Shown here in pieces: positions 55,983 through 64,000 of a DNA stretch of 64,000 nucleotides; the first letter of the stretch is position 1, and each line of letters starts with the position of its first letter. The position numbers were made by a program, and so were the translations under genes. The notes under the pieces were generated by a model. It did not search any database and had not been told where the DNA came from. It saw nothing but the letters and a program-made list of their open reading frames with translations. Source of the DNA: an uncultured beta proteobacterium (GTDB lineage: Bacteria; Pseudomonadota; Gammaproteobacteria; Burkholderiales; Eutrophovitaceae); NCBI GenBank assembly GCA_963792855.1, contig CAWBXZ010000001.1, positions 260,472-324,471 on the forward strand. The letters are read 5' to 3'.

Positions 55983-56613
55983 CCCGGCGTCCCAAAACGC
56001 AATGCGTTTTGGTCGAACCCGGGAGGGTGCTCACGCTCGACGCCGCGCCAACCAAAAAAAAGGCTCGTTACGGCGGTGGCAACTTTCTGAGAGAGGGATT
56101 GTGTCCGGATCGCCTTATGGCGACCGGCCATCCCGGGCGTTGCCCGGGACCGCCCTTCGGGCGTCCTGCGCGAGCGGTGCTCGCTGGTCGAACCCAGAGG
56201 GGTCTCACCCTCCGCACTTCGCCAAATAAAAAGGCCTCGCATTACGGGGGTGCAGAGTTATGCGAGAGAGGGATTGTGTCCGGATCGCCTTATGGCGACC
56301 GGCCATCCCTCCCTGCGGTCGGGACCGCCCTCCGGGCGTCCTGCGCGAGACATGCTCGCTGGTCGAACCCACGAGGGTTCTCACCCTCATCGCTCCGCCA
56401 ACTAAAAAGGACCCGAGTTATGAACGGGGGTGCCCATTGTCCGAGAGAGGGATTGTGTCCGGATCGCCTTATGGCGACCGGCCATCCCGGGCGTTGCCCG
56501 GGACCGCCACTCGGTCGGCGTCCTGCGCGAGCGGTGCTCGCTGGTCGAACCCAGAGGGTTCTCACCCTCGTAACTTCACCAAATAAAAAGGCCCCTGATG
56601 GGGCCCTTTTATT
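55983..56613 (-). repeat. tandem array (about 3.5 units of 171-179 bp) directly downstream of tRNA-Ser; each unit carries tRNA-Ser-like segments and a terminator-like hairpin
   Basis: Plus-strand unit starts are at 56089, 56264 and 56443, with a partial unit at 55983-56088. Each begins GAGAGAGGGATT, like the complement of the tRNA 3' end GGAGAGAGAGGGATTCGAACC at 56614. Confidence 0.9.
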
Positions 56614-56706
56614 TGGCGGAGAGAGAGGGATTCGAACCCTCGATACGGGTTGACCCCGTATAACGCCTTAGCAGGGCGCCGCCTTCAGCCACTCGGCCAT
56701 CTCTCC
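56614..56706 (-). tRNA. tRNA-Ser (anticodon GCU), CCA encoded
   Basis: GGAGAGATGGCCGAGTGGCTGAAGGCGGCGCCCTGCTAAGGCGTTATACGGGGTCAACCCGTATCGAGGGTTCGAATCCCTCTCTCTCCGCCA. Class II tRNA with a long variable arm and anticodon loop CUGCUAA. Near-collinear with E. coli tRNA-Ser(GCU). Confidence 0.95.
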
Positions 56707-56776
56707 GGTAAATCTGCTCGCGCCGGGCTGTGCCCGGTCCGATGGCGCACAGGATAGTCTTTGTTGCCGTCCCCGG

Positions 56777-58045
56777 TCAAACCGGCAGCGCCGGCTCGGC
56801 CGGTTCGTCCAGGCCAAAGGCCTTGTGCAGGGTGCGGACGGCGAGTTCCATGTATTTCTCGTCGATGACGACTGTGATCTTGATTTCCGAGGTCGACACC
56901 ATCTGGATGTTGATTCCCTCACCCGACAACGCTTCGAACATCTTGCTCGCCACGCCGACATGAGAGCGCATGCCGACGCCGACCAGTCCAAGCTTGCAGA
57001 TCTTGGAATCGCCGACTACTTCGCGCGCCCCGATTTCCTTTTGTACCTTGGCCAGGAGGTCCAGGGTTCGTTTCAGGTCGTTGCGGTGGACGGTAAACGA
57101 GAAGTCCGTGGCACCCTCGCTGCCGACGTTCTGTACGATCACGTCGACCTCGATATTGGCCTTCGCGATCGGGTCGAGAATCGCGAACGCGATTCCCGGC
57201 TTGTCGGGCACGCCAAGCACGGTGATTTTTGCTTCATCGCGGTTGAACGCGATGCCTGAGACGAGAGCGTGTTCCATCTGTGCGTCTTCCTCGTAAGTAA
57301 TCAGTGTGCCGGAGCCGGCCTCTTCATCGACGGGAATGTCGGGTTCGGTCAGACTCGACAATACGCGCAACCGTACCTTGTATTTGCCGGCAAATTCTAC
57401 CGACCGGATCTGCAGGACCTTCGAGCCCAGGCCGGCCATCTCCAGCATTTCCTCAAACGTGATCCTTTGCAGCCTGCGCGCCCCGGCGACGATTCGCGGG
57501 TCCGTTGTATACACTCCGTCGACGTCGGTGAAGATCTGGCACTCGTCGGCCTGCATTGCAGCGGCAATCGCCACGCCTGAGGTGTCCGACCCTCCGCGGC
57601 CAAGTGTGGTGATGTTGCCGTCGGCATCCACGCCCTGGAATCCCGCCACCACCACCACGCGTCCTGCTTCCAGGTCGGCACGCACATTGTGCTCGTCGAT
57701 GCTGAGGATACGGGCTTTGGTGTGCGCGCTGTCCGTCATTAACCGGATCTGACCGCCGGTATACGAGCGCGCCGGTACGCCCAGTTCCATCAAAGCCATG
57801 GAAAGCAGGCCGATGGTGACTTGCTCGCCGGTCGATGCGACCACGTCGAGCTCGCGCGGGTCCGGTTGCGACTGGATTGCCTTGGCCAGATCGATCAGCC
57901 GGTTGGTCTCGCCGGACATCGCGGAGACCACCACGATCAGGTCATTGCCGGCGCGTTTCCACTTTGCCACGCGCCGGGCGACGTTCTGGATTCGCTCGAT
58001 CGAACCGACCGAAGTGCCGCCGTATTTTTGAACGATCAGAGCCAT
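56777..58045 (-). CDS. lysC: aspartate kinase
   Basis: MALIVQKYGGTSVGS is the KYGGTS motif. VVSAMSGETNRL and two C-terminal ACT domains are present. 422 aa. Confidence 0.95.
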   Translation of the reverse strand: MALIVQKYGGTSVGSIERIQNVARRVAKWKRAGNDLIVVVSAMSGETNRLIDLAKAIQSQPDPRELDVVASTGEQVTIGLLSMALMELGVPARSYTGGQIRLMTDSAHTKARILSIDEHNVRADLEAGRVVVVAGFQGVDADGNITTLGRGGSDTSGVAIAAAMQADECQIFTDVDGVYTTDPRIVAGARRLQRITFEEMLEMAGLGSKVLQIRSVEFAGKYKVRLRVLSSLTEPDIPVDEEAGSGTLITYEEDAQMEHALVSGIAFNRDEAKITVLGVPDKPGIAFAILDPIAKANIEVDVIVQNVGSEGATDFSFTVHRNDLKRTLDLLAKVQKEIGAREVVGDSKICKLGLVGVGMRSHVGVASKMFEALSGEGINIQMVSTSEIKITVVIDEKYMELAVRTLHKAFGLDEPAEPALPV

Positions 58046-58327
58046 GCAGGCGTACCACCCCCGAAAAATCGCAGCATTTTAAAGGAAAAGAGTGGGCGGG
58101 TCGCCCGCGAGGGCCATTTACTATCGGCAAGGTTTGCTATAATTCGCGCCGCTCGCCCTGACGGGGGAGAGCGGGAAGAGCGAAAGCACTGCTTTCGCCC
58201 GCCCGAACGCCACGAGCCTGACGGCGAGTGGCCGGGGCCGAAACTCATTTGAGTTGAGGCGAGTACCGGCAGCGCGAAGCGCTGCCTGGTTGAGATGCCC
58301 AGCGCGTCTCAGGATGTGACAGACAAT

Positions 58328-58404
58328 GCGCCCGTAGCTCAGCTGGATAGAGTACCTGGCTACGAACCAGGGGGTCGGGAGTTCGAATCTCTCCGGGCGT
58401 GCCA
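58328..58404 (+). tRNA. tRNA-Arg (anticodon ACG), CCA encoded
   Basis: GCGCCCGTAGCTCAGCTGGATAGAGTACCTGGCTACGAACCAGGGGGTCGGGAGTTCGAATCTCTCCGGGCGTGCCA. Anticodon loop CUACGAA. Near-identical layout to E. coli tRNA-Arg(ACG). Confidence 0.95.
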
Positions 58405-58407
58405 GCA

Positions 58408-58441
58408 CAAAAAAGGCCTGCAGCAATGCAGGCCTTTTTTT
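58408..58441. terminator. bidirectional rho-independent terminator
   Basis: AAAAAA-GGCCTGCA-GCAA-TGCAGGCC-TTTTTTT. It serves the tRNA-Arg on the plus strand and the convergent minus-strand ORF. Confidence 0.85.
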
Positions 58442-58473
58442 GCTCGCGTGTTTGTGCCCCCGGGAACCAAACG

Positions 58474-58857
58474 CTAACGCGAGAGCAATCGCGATGGGGT
58501 GTAGTAGACGTGACGGAAGTCGAGTCCGTCTTTCTGTCCGTTATAGCGCGTCTTGTTCTGCGCATACTGTTCACAGCGTCTGCCAACCATTCGATCCTCA
58601 TCGTAGCTCATGGTCTTGATCACACTTCCGTCGTCGGCGAGGAATGTGGTATCGAATACGTTTTTCTTGCTGATGACGCCCTTGCGCACCACGACATCGA
58701 CTCTTACGGTATCGTCAGTCAGGTCGTGATAGACGGCGCGGGGAAACCAGGCCGTCAAGATATGCTGGAGATGTTTTGCGCCCGCGCTGGTCAGTTCGTA
58801 ATTTTCGGTCACGCGTGAACTGATGATCAGGAGTCTGTCGGGTTTCTTGTTCAGCAT
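58474..58857 (-). CDS. hypothetical protein (127 aa)
   Basis: ATG 58857 (MLNKKPDRLL...). Visibly lower GC than the surroundings. No recognisable motif. Confidence 0.45.
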   Translation of the reverse strand: MLNKKPDRLLIISSRVTENYELTSAGAKHLQHILTAWFPRAVYHDLTDDTVRVDVVVRKGVISKKNVFDTTFLADDGSVIKTMSYDEDRMVGRRCEQYAQNKTRYNGQKDGLDFRHVYYTPSRLLSR

Positions 58858-59212
58858 TGATCTCGCAGCACACCTAACGATTTGTTTCTGATGGAAGCAA
58901 TTGCGGCGATCGGGCAACGTTCCACAACAATGCGGTACCCTAAGGCGGTAGGCTATCCGTGTCCAGTGCTTTGGCAAGCGACACTGATCCCCAACCGAGC
59001 GGTAGTTTACTGCAATTCCTTCGGCCAACTACCGGTTTCGGGCGGATTCACCCGGCTGTGCCGTGGAGGCGAGGCATGTCCGTTTTTCGGGTGGCCGTGG
59101 TACGAATGGCTCGAAGGGGCGAGGGTACGTTGACGGTGTGCATACGGGACATGATCCGCTGGGCGACCGGCAACGGCGTAATTCCAACGATTGAGAGACA
59201 GGACAAGAAACA

Positions 59213-59917
59213 ATGAACGTAGCGGGAAAGAAGGCAATCATTTTTGGCGGGACCTCGGGCATCGGGCTTGCGGCGGCGAAGCAACTCGCTGCACTCGGTG
59301 CGCAGGTGATCGCGGTCAGCCGTAATCCGGAAAAAGCGGGGGATGTGCCGGCGGGCATCACCTTGAAGAAGTGCGATGTGCTGGACCGGGAAGCTCTTCA
59401 GGCGTTTTTCAACGAGTGCGCCCCGTACGACATACTGGTGAATGCCGCCACGGGCGGAAAGCGCGCACTCGGGCCATTTCTTGAAATGGATATGGACGGT
59501 TACCAGGCATCGTTTGCCAAGCTGTGGGGCTATGCCAATGTTGTCCGGTACGGAGCGGGTCAACTTGCAGACGATGGCTGCATCGTGTTGGTCAGCGGCT
59601 CTCCGGCGCGAAAGACCCGGCCGGGGCAGGTGGCGCTCGGTTCGGTTGGCGGCGCGGTGGAAGCCCTGGTTCGTGGTGTCACGAGAGAGCTTGCGCCCAA
59701 ACGCATCAATGTCGTTTCGCCCGGTGTCATCGATACGCCGATGATTCCCAAACAAGGTCAGGAACGCACCGAGTATTACGCCAAGACGACGGCAGGAAAC
59801 ATCATTCCGCGTGCGGGCACGCCCGATGAGGTTGCGATGGGAATCGTGTTCGTAATCCAGAATGACTTCGTAACCGGCACGACAGTTGATGTCGACGGTG
59901 GCTTGTTGTTGTCCTAG
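59213..59917 (+). CDS. short-chain dehydrogenase/reductase (SDR)
   Basis: GKKAIIFGGTSGIGLAAA and a C-terminal VDGG typical of classical SDRs. 234 aa. Confidence 0.85.
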   Translation: MNVAGKKAIIFGGTSGIGLAAAKQLAALGAQVIAVSRNPEKAGDVPAGITLKKCDVLDREALQAFFNECAPYDILVNAATGGKRALGPFLEMDMDGYQASFAKLWGYANVVRYGAGQLADDGCIVLVSGSPARKTRPGQVALGSVGGAVEALVRGVTRELAPKRINVVSPGVIDTPMIPKQGQERTEYYAKTTAGNIIPRAGTPDEVAMGIVFVIQNDFVTGTTVDVDGGLLLS

Positions 59918-60052
59918 GGGATTGTGGGCCGGGCAGTTCGCCGGTCCGGGCGTCCGGTGCACTGCCATGAAGACTTTCCGGATCAGATCGGTTTGACTTT
60001 GTTTCTCTCATGTGATGTATTGCTGATATATCACAGACAGGGGCGTGCAACC

Positions 60053-60826
60053 ATGATGAACGAACGGCAAAAGGCGTATCGGCAGGAATACCGCTCACGG
60101 TTATCGAATTGGTACAACGGCCCGGTGCATGTTTTCGTGATTTACGCCATCGGGTTCACCGCATTGTGGATCTACGCCCAGCACCTCGAGAACGTGCAGC
60201 CATGGGAATGGCTGGCGGTGCCGGTTGTCTGGCTGGCGTGCAACATTTTCGAGTGGTACCTCCATCTATACGTGATGCACCGGCCGCAGAAATCGAAGGC
60301 GCTGCGTGCCATATACAACCGGCACACCCTGCAGCATCACCAGTTCTTTACCGACCGCGAGATGCGATTCCGTGACCAGAAGGACTGGCGGGTCACTTTC
60401 TTTCCGCCCTATGCGCTGGTGGTTTTTACGCTGATATCCATCCCCGGTGCGGCGTTGCTGCATTTTCTCGTCAGTCCGAACGTCGGCTGGCTGTTCATTT
60501 CCACCACGACCAGCGTCTATCTGGTGTACGAATTCATGCATTTCTGTTGTCACGTCGAGGAAAACTGGTTCGTGCGCAACATGCCATTCGTGAACACGAT
60601 CCGGCGCCACCACACGGCGCATCACAATTCCCGGTTGATGATGGAAAAGAACATGAACCTGACATTTCCGGTGGCAGACTGGATGTTCGGTACCTCGGAC
60701 CTCGACCGCGGACTGCTGGGCCACATATTCAATGGTTACAACGACAAATACCTGAAGACTGACCTGCGCGGGCGGCCTCTCAGACCGGACATGGCTGCCG
60801 CCGAACCTCTCGTTTCGGAAGCTTGA
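60053..60826 (+). CDS. fatty-acid hydroxylase / sterol-desaturase superfamily membrane enzyme
   Basis: His boxes HLYVMH, HTLQHH and HHTAHH, with 3-4 TM segments. Confidence 0.8.
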   Translation: MMNERQKAYRQEYRSRLSNWYNGPVHVFVIYAIGFTALWIYAQHLENVQPWEWLAVPVVWLACNIFEWYLHLYVMHRPQKSKALRAIYNRHTLQHHQFFTDREMRFRDQKDWRVTFFPPYALVVFTLISIPGAALLHFLVSPNVGWLFISTTTSVYLVYEFMHFCCHVEENWFVRNMPFVNTIRRHHTAHHNSRLMMEKNMNLTFPVADWMFGTSDLDRGLLGHIFNGYNDKYLKTDLRGRPLRPDMAAAEPLVSEA

Positions 60827-60853
60827 GCGCAGTTCCGTACAGGTAACGAAATC

Positions 60854-61036
60854 ATGCCTACCCACATCAAGATCGTTGTCTCGGTTCTTACTCTCATCGT
60901 CGGTGCGCTTTTTTACTACTTTGAAGCACAGTACGGTCAGGGGCGGGTCGCAACCGTCGGTGCGTTTCTGAGTGTCTTCATGGTGCTGGCGATGTGGATA
61001 TTTCCGGAAGCGGGGGATCGGGCGAAGAAGAAATAG
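60854..61036 (+). CDS. small two-TM membrane protein (60 aa)
   Basis: IKIVVSVLTLIVGALFYYF and VGAFLSVFMVLAMWIF. It lies 27 nt after the hydroxylase gene. Confidence 0.5.
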   Translation: MPTHIKIVVSVLTLIVGALFYYFEAQYGQGRVATVGAFLSVFMVLAMWIFPEAGDRAKKK

Positions 61037-61221
61037 CGGACAAGCCGGTTGCTCCGGCTTTGTTGCCTCCGCTGTTCGTTCTTCGATCATTTTCCTGTTT
61101 GCCCGCCGCGAATTCGCGTGCAAGCCTCACCCGCGATACGCCATCTGTCGTCGGACGGAAAATTCGGGCGGCACGGTTTGCGGAAGCGGTGCCCGGGAAA
61201 CGAAAGGCGCACAAACAAGTC

Positions 61222-61890
61222 ATGCAACTGAAAATCGCGACTCGCGAAAGTCTCACCGACAAGGCTTACAAGCAACTGGAAGAAATGATCGTCACGCTGC
61301 AACTGAAGCCCGGTTCAGTGCTGGCCGAAGGGGAGTTGGGCGAGCGTCTGCAAATTGGCCGTACGCCAATACGCGAAGCCTTGCATCGCCTGGCACGTGA
61401 GGGGTTGGTTACGGTCCTTCCGCGCAAGGGAATCCTGGTGACCGAGATCAACCCCGGCAAGCAGTTTCTCGTCCTTGAAGTGCGGCGTGAACTGGAACGC
61501 CTGATGGCGAGGACCAGCGCGGCACGCAGCACCGATGCCGAACGCAAGGCGTTCCGCCGGATCGCAAAAGGCATGCAGCAGGCTGCCGGCAAGAACGACG
61601 ACCTGAAGTTCATGCGCCACGACAGCGAGTTGAATAGGCTCGTCGCGCAGGCGTCGCACAACGAATACGCGGCGATGGCAATACAGGCCATACAGGGACT
61701 TTCGCGCAGATTCTGGTACGTGCACTACAAGCAGGCTGCAGACATGCCGCTATGTGCGCGCCTGCACGCCGAGTTGGCGCAAAAGATTGCTGACGGCGAT
61801 GCCCGCGGCGCCGCGGAAGCGAGCGACCGCCTTGTGGATTACGTGGAGGATTTCACCCGGCTTGCATTCAGTCCGGCGATCGCTGCCTAG
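61222..61890 (+). CDS. GntR-family (FadR/FCD subfamily) transcriptional regulator
   Basis: ATG 61222. LKPGSVLAEGELGERLQIGRTPIREALHRLAREGLV is the winged HTH, followed by a helical FCD-like C-terminal domain. Confidence 0.9.
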   Translation: MQLKIATRESLTDKAYKQLEEMIVTLQLKPGSVLAEGELGERLQIGRTPIREALHRLAREGLVTVLPRKGILVTEINPGKQFLVLEVRRELERLMARTSAARSTDAERKAFRRIAKGMQQAAGKNDDLKFMRHDSELNRLVAQASHNEYAAMAIQAIQGLSRRFWYVHYKQAADMPLCARLHAELAQKIADGDARGAAEASDRLVDYVEDFTRLAFSPAIAA

Positions 61891-62101
61891 GGCCTGCGGG
61901 CTCGCGCGGCTTCGGTGTCCGGAGAGGCATGGCTCGACGAAGTGTCATAGCTTGAAGAAGTGGTATCGCTGGAGGAGCGGGTAACGAGGGTCCCGGGGAA
62001 GGAGTTGGGGTTCGCGTTTACAAGGCAATCGCGTATCGGTAGTGCTGCGGCGGATGGCGATGAGACAATGCAATTCCGGTAAAGGATCATGGGTGCGGTG
62101 A

Positions 62102-62386
62102 ATGAAGCAATATGAAGGCAGGCGAACCATCGACGGCATCGTTGTGACGGTTGACAGCGCGCCGCTTGATCAACGATTCGATATCCGTACCTTTGATGAA
62201 AAGGGTTTCGAGTGGAGCTATGAAGGCAGCGCACCGCGCCAACTCGCGCTGGCAATTCTTGCAGATCACTTCGGCGACGCCGATCGGGCACTCGCACAGG
62301 TTGAGCCGTTCATGAAGTCGGTCATCGCGAATCTCGACAACGACTGGACGTTGACCAGCGGCGATATCGACGCAGCACTGGCTTGA
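62102..62386 (+). CDS. hypothetical small protein (94 aa)
   Basis: GFEWSYEGSAPRQLALAILADHFGD looks like a conserved DUF-type motif. No function is known to me. Confidence 0.45.
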   Translation: MKQYEGRRTIDGIVVTVDSAPLDQRFDIRTFDEKGFEWSYEGSAPRQLALAILADHFGDADRALAQVEPFMKSVIANLDNDWTLTSGDIDAALA

Positions 62387-62872
62387 TTCGACTGCCGTGG
62401 CGAGCGTTCGCGCGGCGACAGTTCGACAGGCAGCGCAATAATCCGTGTTTCGTTCGAAACCAGGGTAAATCGCTTCCGGTCGACTGCCGGATCGATGGCC
62501 CTCGCTTCCACTTCGTCCATTAACCGGCTGGCTGGCAGCGTGATGCAGGAGCTCGCAGAGCCGGGTCATGCGTTCTGAGGGCATTCACGAGACCGGATTG
62601 CTTGTGATGAGAGCGCTGTAGCGAAGCCGTAACATCGTAACGTTACACTGGACGGTTGGGAGGTTTCGACGCGAGAATCCAGGCGAGTCGAAGCTGGGCG
62701 CTCTGGTGCGCCAGGGCGTTTCTCAAATGCAGGAAGATTTCTCCGGAATACGTCGGCAACCGGGATTGCCCGATCCGCATTGCCGAGAGGAGGGCGTTGC
62801 CAACGGCCGTTTGGCAAGCGCTCGAAACACGAATTTTGTTCAACCGCTGAAGCGTTTTGGAAAACACAACCG

Positions 62873-63901
62873 ATGGGACTTTTTGAGCGCTATCTTTCCG
62901 TGTGGGTTGGCCTGTGCATTGTCGCGGGTGTCCTGCTTGGCAATCTGATGCCCGGTGCGTTCCAGTTCATCGCAAGACTGGAATACGCGCACGTCAATCT
63001 TGCGGTCGCGCTGCTCATCTGGGTCATGATCTATCCGATGATGGTGCAGATCGACTTCTCTGCCGTCAGGGATGTCGGCAAGAGACCGGGGGGGCTTGTG
63101 TTGACCCTGGTCGTCAACTGGTTGATCAAGCCGTTCACCATGGCGGCCCTCGGCTGGTTGTTTTTCAGAGTGATCTTTGCCGACTGGGTCGATCCGCAAT
63201 CGGCCACCGAGTACATCGCCGGGATGATCCTGCTGGGGGTGGCGCCGTGTACGGCGATGGTTTTCGTGTGGAGCCAGCTCACCAAAGGCGACCCGAACTA
63301 TACGCTCGTGCAGGTATCCGTAAACGACATCATCATGGTGTTCGCCTTTGCGCCAATTGCGGCTTTTCTCCTGGGGGTGAGCGATATCGCCGTGCCGTGG
63401 GAAACCTTGCTGCTCTCCGTCGTTTTGTATGTCGTGTTACCACTCATTGCCGGCGCGGTCACCAGGCATCGACTGGAGCGCAACGGTACCGGCGAGCGGC
63501 TGAATGCCTTCGTTCATGGGCTCAAGCCGTGGTCGGTGGTTGGCCTGCTCGCCACGGTGGTTTTGCTGTTCGGCTTCCAGGCCGAAAAGATCATCGCAAA
63601 TCCATTGGCGATCGTGCTGATCGCCATCCCGCTGTTATTCCAGGCCTACGGCATCTTCGCGATCGCCTATGCGGCGGCCCGGGCAATGAAACTGCCGCAC
63701 AACATCGCCGCACCGGCTTGTTTGATCGGCACCTCGAATTTTTTCGAACTCGCCGTTGCCGTCGCCATTTCGCTCTTTGGGCTGAATTCGGGCGCAGCAC
63801 TGGCCACCGTCGTCGGCGTGCTGGTCGAGGTGCCCGTGATGCTCTCACTGGTTGCCGTCGTCAATCGCACGAGTGGCTGGTTCGGCAACGGCGAGTCATG
63901 A
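62873..63901 (+). CDS. acr3: ACR3-family arsenite efflux permease
   Basis: [53 protein letters not shown] and [19 protein letters not shown] are the classic ACR3 pattern. Confidence 0.9.
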   Translation: MGLFERYLSVWVGLCIVAGVLLGNLMPGAFQFIARLEYAHVNLAVALLIWVMIYPMMVQIDFSAVRDVGKRPGGLVLTLVVNWLIKPFTMAALGWLFFRVIFADWVDPQSATEYIAGMILLGVAPCTAMVFVWSQLTKGDPNYTLVQVSVNDIIMVFAFAPIAAFLLGVSDIAVPWETLLLSVVLYVVLPLIAGAVTRHRLERNGTGERLNAFVHGLKPWSVVGLLATVVLLFGFQAEKIIANPLAIVLIAIPLLFQAYGIFAIAYAAARAMKLPHNIAAPACLIGTSNFFELAVAVAISLFGLNSGAALATVVGVLVEVPVMLSLVAVVNRTSGWFGNGES

Positions 63902-64000
63902 GTGCGTGTGTTCCGGTGGTTTCTTGTCGCCCCGGGGCGGTCTGAATCTGCGCCGGGAGGAGCGGGTGGAACGTCGCGTCCGGGCGCGATCAGGATTGAC

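Noticed and set aside
54400-56613. Repeat array considered as a CRISPR locus
   Set aside because: The units are ~175 bp and contiguous, with no unique spacers. There are no cas genes, and the repeats contain tRNA-derived segments and terminators. Not CRISPR.
56009-56653. 214-aa ORF running through the tandem repeats and into tRNA-Ser
   Set aside because: Its periodic sequence merely reflects the DNA repeats. It is Arg/Gly/Pro-rich, crosses a tRNA gene, and other frames are equally open. Not protein-coding.
58046-58327. Possible lysine riboswitch or leader upstream of lysC, or a promoter (TATAAT at ~58137) with a long leader for tRNA-Arg
   Set aside because: I could not recognise L-box conserved helices by eye. 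The TATAAT has no well-spaced -35. There is too little evidence to annotate without a covariance-model search.

Overview
High-GC (about 60-65% by eye) proteobacterial chromosomal segment, densely coding on both strands (about 60 genes). Accessory catabolic and anaerobic-metabolism modules dominate; only lysC, a glutamate dehydrogenase and two tRNAs look like core genes. Left to right: (1) the 5' end of a PQQ quinoprotein dehydrogenase, a secreted ankyrin protein, and a LemA + GIDE/EF-hand membrane pair. (2) A ten-gene CoA-thioester operon resembling the Bad/Ali cyclohexanecarboxylate route, plus a type II dehydroquinase-like gene. (3) An AdrA-like diguanylate cyclase, SDR and TPP enzymes, an exported formamidase, OsmC, an LssY-like lipoprotein and a dihaem cytochrome c. 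(4) An AraC-linked operon of DszB-like desulfinase, ferredoxin::nitroreductase and crotonase, followed by an IS scar and a duplicated 3' gene fragment. (5) OM barrels, a rhodanese, an OprB porin, MarC, DUF202 and HdeD. (6) A second, paralogous AraC with patatin-adc-bdhA, then a CoADR-rhodanese and Gdh. (7) An orphan glycyl-radical-enzyme (GRE) operon preceded by a perfect FNR box: GRE, degenerate PFK-fold protein, activase, tandem rhodanese. (8) A CBS-decorated 2-oxoacid:ferredoxin oxidoreductase and an AlsS-like enzyme. (9) About 2.2 kb of ~175-bp structured tandem repeats linked to tRNA-Ser(GCU). (10) lysC, tRNA-Arg(ACG), an SDR, a fatty-acid hydroxylase, GntR and ACR3. Three genes carry single-base homopolymer frameshifts. 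The most interesting items are the GRE operon, the tRNA-linked repeats, the DszB-like operon and the CBS-fused oxidoreductase. All calls come from reading the translated ORFs and the nucleotide sequence; no database search or computation was run, and comparisons to reference proteins are from memory.
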